Positions 38,676 to 64,000 of a stretch of 64,000 nt of DNA are shown in pieces. Numbering within the stretch: the first letter of the stretch is position 1; each line of letters opens with the position of its first letter. The DNA is from Callorhinchus milii (taxonomy: Eukaryota). The stretch lies in the NCBI RefSeq assembly GCF_018977255.1, contig NW_024704758.1, forward strand, positions 3,844,001 to 3,908,000. Reading direction: 5' to 3'. The notes under the pieces are model-generated. The model did no database searches, was not told where the DNA came from, and saw only the letters and a program-made list of their open reading frames with translations. Position numbers and translations under genes: made by a program.

Positions 38676-40889
38676 AGTTCACAGATAGATACTTCTCCAA
38701 GGTGGACAATTCAGAGAGAATATCTGAATGCTGAGACATGTTAAGAAGAGTTAGCAATATGATGTATATGTCTGCTTATGTGGCCAACACACAAAGCTGT
38801 TTCAAGACTTAGTCCAAAGGTATAATTCCAAATAGAATATGAACTCCCCAAACTACCACCAAGGCTCTCAACCAAACCATCAAGGAAGGATATTCCTTTC
38901 TCATCTTGCTCAAACCTACCAACTGACAGCCATGAAGTGCAATAAGCATCCAAGGGATTCAAAGTCTGAATTAACCACCCTGCTAAGTGATGGATGGTGC
39001 AGATTTGGGACAGGGAACTTTGAAGCAAAATACAGAAGAAAATTTGGTAAAATTAAATGATTTGTGCAGGAATGTCAGGACTTAAGAGCAATTGAACTGT
39101 ACATTTTAGACAGTTTGTCTTTTGCCTAAATGTCAATGTTTTAAATGGCCCTTGTGACAAATGGAGTATTGCTTTATTATTCATTGGGTTAAGAATGTTT
39201 GAAATCTCATTGTACAGAAATACATAAAACCTGATTTAATAATGAAAAGGTATACTTTGTAAACCTGCTCTAGATTTGGTGCGATTTACTCAATAACGTA
39301 TACACATTCACATTGGGAGGATGTCTGAAAGTGCTTCACAGCTGATCAGGCATCTAAGCTGGTGCAGGGAAGGTGACCCAAAGCAGTCAGAAAGATGGTT
39401 CCTAAGGCGAGCCTTAAAAGTGGGGAGAGAAGACGTGAGGCAGAGGGTCTCCAAGATGGAGTTCCCGAGAGTGGGGGCAGAATGGCTGAAAGCTCACCCA
39501 ATAGTGGGACGCATTGGGTGAGAGATGTGAAGCAGACCTGTGATCACTGAGCAGAGCAAGCTGCTGCAACGATGGGACTACAGTTGGGTCACAGAGGTAG
39601 TGCGGTGCGAGGCTATGGAGATCTTGAACTCAGTTCACTGGGGATGGGAAGGCAGTGGAGCCGAGCAAGGAAGCTTAGACTCGAGACTAATGCAGGGTAG
39701 AGAAAACAAGAAATGTAGATTTTAAAACTGTTCTCTGATAAATCAGTGGAGCAGCTTGATGTACTGAATGGCCTCATCCTCTTCCTGGTAGGATGTGATT
39801 CAATAACCGTTAAAAATAATGTTTTAGCTATGCAGATACTGCATTCATAAAGTTAACTAAGAGACTTTTAAATATTAATTAGACTGGGATTTTTTTTTTA
39901 AAAAGTGCAATAACAAATATTTAACTGCTTTCTGGTGAACATTACAGGGGATGATTCCTGGTTCGGACTGAAGTCCAGGCAATGCTAGGAGTCATTGGCC
40001 ACAAGGCCTCGAGTACAGGTTCTGATCATTTACTGACTGAGATTGTGTGCACTCTACCAGTTAAGCTGTTCCCATAGTAAAAGGCAAAGATCTATTTACA
40101 GCAACAATTCATGAAACCTCACCCTTTGTGAAAGGTACTTTGTGCACAGAAAGTTTGAAATGCAAATGATTAGATGCAGCTGCCGAAATTAAAACAATCG
40201 TGATTCATGTATATTTTAAGTGTGAGAGTCACTGGTGCTAAGGTACCTATTTCAGTCAAATCTCAGATGTAAAGTGAGCTCTTCTCTCAAAATAGAATTC
40301 CCTTCCATGGGGCTCACTGCCTTAGAGGTCACTACATTGAGTTATATTCATAGCCCTCATCTGGTTATGTCAAGAATTTTTGTTTACTCCCATGTTAAAC
40401 ATTGGCCACTGAATGTCTCCAGCAGCCTGTAATGCTGTTTCTAAATTGATAGCTTCAGAGAAAATCAGTTTGTTTATAAAATTGTTTTTAAAAGAAATAC
40501 CTGTTTGCTGTTTAATTCTGTCTGCCAACTCTGGGCAAGTAACCCCAGTACAAATCAATAAAACTTTTTCTGCACACATTAATCTCACAATAAATCTGGG
40601 CTTCACGCCCAGTTAAAACATTCTGGTTTGGATCAGGTTGAAGTATGTTTGTTGTCTGCTTCTCTGTATACTGAGTTCAGCATGCGGTTAACCTGTGCTG
40701 GTTAATCCCATTGTAGGCTGCACAACCCCAAAGCAAAATACCACCAGCCTTGTTAATATATAGGGCAACAAGCACTGCTGTCACTGCTGGCAGCTAAACA
40801 GCGTCCACAGCAAGATGTGTAAGGTCATTGGGTTACATTCATGATGCTTCCACGTTTGCCCACAAAAGTCACTGTATATCCTTTACAGT

Positions 40890-41179
40890 GGAGTCTATAG
40901 CTCAGTGATTAGATCACTCGCCTTGCAACGAGAGACCTGGGTTTGATACCCGGCAGGCAAGTTTCCTTACTCCACACGTCTTATAATAATCCCTCAAGAA
41001 AAAAAATAAAAAATTGTTCACTTCAATCCACGACTGTTTATGTGACACTGCTGTGCGCAATTGGCTGCTGCGTTTTTGCCCACAAATAGTCAATCCACTT
41101 TACAGTATATTCTGTGAAGCGCTTTGAGACATCTAGAAGACGCAAAAAGCGCTATATCAAATGCAAGGATTATTATTAT
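40890..41179 (+). mobile_element. tRNA-derived SINE, same family, more diverged
   Basis: ggagtctatagctcagtg head through gcgctatatcaaatgcaaggattattatt tail. Confidence 0.85.
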
Positions 41180-42071
41180 CCTGTAAATATATAAATTACA
41201 TAAGCTTTGGGATGTGCTCCGAACATGAAAAGCACTATACCAAATGTTATTATGTAATAATCTTTACATTTAATATAGAGCCTTATTTCATCGAAACATA
41301 ATTTATGTGCAACAAAACAACTCAAGTGAAAACTTTTTTTAAAAAAAGTGTCAAGTTTACCTTTCACAAGCAGTGAGCATTTCAACCTGGCCACACACTA
41401 GGTAGAATCATAGAAATTTACGGCAATGAAGAAGGCCTTCGACACGTTGTGTCCATGCTGACTCTTAAAGAGCACTCCTTTCAGTCCCATTTTACTTGCC
41501 CTTTCCCCATAATTTACTAGACAGGTAGACACAAATAAGTGTGATGTGTGTGTGTGGATAAGAGATGTCCCTGTAAAAAGGTTTCTTAAAGGAACACTTG
41601 CTCCAGATTTCCAGTGTGTGCTCCTTATCTGAGGTCCATGGTAAGGTAATATATATATGGCAACCAGTTTATTTCCTTCAGTAACTGGACTCTTGGAAGA
41701 AAATCTCAATAACTGTAAATACAATTTCTGAGAGGGAGCTTATTTAACATTGCATTCCTGTGCAAGAAACCACTGACTTGATTTACCACTACAAAGGGCC
41801 TAGGGATAAACATCATCCCCAAATGTCTGACCAAATAATGTAGAGGGCTGGATCAAACTGAATGGCACAGGAAAAAGGCAAGCATTAAACACACTATCCC
41901 CACCTTCAACCTCTTTATACACCATAAATGTGTGGCTAGTCATTGAACTGACATATCAATTTGCACGCTATTATTTCCTTTCCTTCCCTGCGAGAAAGCC
42001 TGACTCCCTTCCTTCTACCAGGTAAGATCAGGAACTCGTCCAGTGGGGAGAAATGGCAGTGACCACACTTT

Positions 42072-44896
42072 TTTATTGTGACGGCGCACATTTACACCAG
42101 TCAGTGTGACAGTGTACTGTGTCACCAGAACTCTGGGTCACAGCAATCCTCCACAATGTGATCACAACAGACTTTGACTCCAGTGAATCCAGGTTAAAGT
42201 TATGCCATAGGCTCTTTCAACCCAAAAATTTATTGAAGAAAATAACAACTATTCATTAACAGGTTTGAGTAGTGTGTGCTTGTTCATTATTTATAGAACA
42301 TTTCAATTTCAGCCTACAAAAGAACATTTTATTATTTATTTTGAACGGCCACTGTGGGGAGAATGGTCCAAGTTGTTTGCAGGCACTCTATCTGCAGACC
42401 AAAGCAAAAAGGTACATAACACTGTACTACGCACTGCCTACAGGCCACCTCATAGTGATTCCCTTTCAAGGATTTCAAGGCCTGAATTCACAATGGGCTC
42501 CAAGAACAATGGTAACCAAGAACAGCCATTGCTCCTCTCCCCCATTTCATGTACAACAGCTTTTTTTTAAATCAATATTTTACAGTCGATCCTAAATATC
42601 ATCATGACGAGGGGTTTATTTACAGTGCTGTGGTTATTGCTGTCATCTTAAGGAGCATTTTCCCCCACAACCAGATTTGGGGATAAGGGTGGTGGAAGAT
42701 CTTTTTATCCCAAAAGAATGAAAAACGATCCCAAAGCAGGTTATTACATAAATCCCAGGCTCACTGGAGGTTGAGTTTCAAGACATTTGTTTTTTTGGGC
42801 CTCAAACATTGGTGGTGGTAGGAGAGTCAATAGAATTTTTTCAAAAAAACAAACACAAAATGTGGAGGGGTAGACTGTAGGTGGTTTGGCATATCGCTTA
42901 CCTCAAATTGCTGAGAAGCAGCCTTCCCCTCCCCCAAAGAAGGGGTGTGACTGGCTTATAACCCAGTGTCATGGTCCCCCTGCACAGCACTCACATCAGT
43001 AGCTGATAGGTTTGTGGTCCAGTCAGCCTCAGGCACGAGTGCCAGGTTGCTCAGCATTGTGCCCAATTCAAGATTAGACACCGCACTGGGACCATTACAC
43101 AGAGCTTTCACTTACTGAGAGCCTGGTAATGACGCTGTCTTTCTATGGAAGATAAACGACAGCCATAACCACCAATGATCCGCTGATACCAGGTACCCAG
43201 CCATGCTGCTGTTCTGTTAGGGGAATAACAGTCCTTTAAAAGCAGAACTCGGGAGAGGCTCACAAACAGTTTGTGTTTAATTTCTGCTGGTACGACGTCA
43301 CAGGATCCCCTGCTGATTTTAAGAGCACTATGCACCACAAATACAATGGCAATGACACAGGATGTCAATCTAGCCGACCCCAACAGCAGCACTCGGCTGA
43401 GTGAAAATCAAACTTTCTTTAATTCATTTCTGCTTTGGGCTCAACAAAGTGAGAGATGTCAATGGTAGCGAGCTAAATGTTTTTCATTTCAGGCATCAAT
43501 TATCAGCAACCAGCGCTACCAACTCAGCAACAGCACAAGTTAGAGAAAAGAATAAAGTTCCCTCTACACTGTCCGTCCACACTCCCAGGTCAGTGACAGC
43601 ATGGGTTAGAGACAGAGTAAAGCTCCGTCTACACTGTTCCAACAATGCTGCTGCATGCATACACAAGTAGGAAATTAATTGATATGAACCAACCCCAAGC
43701 TGCTTCTGATGTTCATTATGTTTTGTAAATTTCTCCCTTGGTGCTTAGAAATAACAACTGCAATTTTAACTTAGAAATAAGATTGCATTAAAAATGTAAA
43801 ATTAAATTATACATACAAAACTGCATTAGTTACCTCTACATACGCAGGAACAATCTACTGAAAAACATGCCAAACGGAGCAGAATAGCACGCAGTCCACC
43901 ACAAATTGTCTGCCCAGAGCACGATACACAGGAATATCTGGTACTGAGAGGGCATCAGCAGGACAACCATGTGGAAAGGGATGAATTAACGTTCAGATGC
44001 GACTCTGAAGTGGAGTCGCAGCCTTTTCAGCTTTTATCGCTAGCAACTTGCATCGAGCCCAAACTGAATGGATTCCCTCAAACAGACCAGAGTGACCCTT
44101 TCTGTCCCAATATCAGTACTGTTGTGGCCTCCTGGTGCAGGGGGCTGAACTTTTATGCTGAACTGCATGGGATTTTGTGTTGTGGGGTTACTGCCCAATA
44201 TTCATCTTGTGTAAAAGCTTAGCCTGCAGACTTGAGGGGCTGGATTCATCCCAGATCCAGAGAAAAAAAGAATCGTGTGCTAACGATGTACAGCACCACA
44301 CAATTCCACAACTAAGCATAGCACGCAGCACGGGTATAGTTTGCATCTCGGGAATGACTAAGAGCGTTGCCCACTTACAATAACATTTGCAGTTTGCCCA
44401 GGGCTGAAGCTGGGGAGTCCTCACACGGATCTGCAGCACTTACACACACGCGCACACATACACATACACACACACACACACTGCTGGTCATTCACAGGCA
44501 GCAGAGTGCTTGCGAGATGAGCGCAGGAGCTCTGTAAAAGGACACATTCTTCCCATTGTGAGTGGCGACAATGGGAGACAGAGCCCTCTGCAGCCTGGGT
44601 TTAAATTTAAATTGTGGCTTGGGCAATGGTAGATATGAGAATGCTCACAGATGCAATTTCTGAAAGCTTCCGTTCCACTGGTGAAGATGTCCTAATGCAG
44701 CAAGCCGCCCCAACACAGGGCAGAGTGATGAACCCCAGCTCCAGCTGACAGGCAGCAAACTCAGTGTTATTATTGGCTCATTTCATGGATGTTCTGTAGC
44801 TGCTTCTGTTGTTCGCACAGGATTGACTGCAGCTCCCCGAGGCCCCGGGACTGGGGTGTACTGGCAAACACACAGGACAGACAAACGGCTGCTCCG
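42072..44896 (-). other. Probable DDB1 3' UTR with candidate poly(A) signals
   Basis: Largely repeat-poor sequence after the TAG at 44897; minus-strand AATAAA at 42234-42229 and 42077-42072. True end not determinable. Confidence 0.4.

Positions 44897-64000
<19,104 letters not shown>

Overview
This is vertebrate genomic DNA, not prokaryotic. The tRNA/Deu-type SINEs, L2 and CR1 LINE remnants and the galanin sequence point to a cartilaginous fish, possibly a holocephalan such as elephant shark (inference). I reconstructed four spliced genes by hand from GT-AG/AT-AC boundaries and reading-frame continuity. (1) SLC9C-type sperm voltage-gated Na+/H+ exchanger, minus strand, 18 coding exons, running off the left edge, with a 1-nt frameshift in one exon. 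(2) Complete preprogalanin (GAL), plus strand. (3) Complete COX6A, plus strand, with a CpG-island NRF-1/E-box promoter. (4) The last 21 coding exons of DDB1, minus strand, including a U12 AT-AC intron. Between COX6A and DDB1 lies an unrecognised ~384-aa single-exon ORF split by one homopolymer frameshift. Most interesting points: an apparent local SINE 3'-transduction with both source and daughter in the window, an internal KR site in mature galanin, the mixed sea-urchin-like/mammal-like functional residues of SLC9C, repeats that duplicate DDB1 splice sites, and the orphan ORF. I see no evidence for a wholly new multi-gene system. Most ORFs in the supplied track are repeat-derived or spurious.
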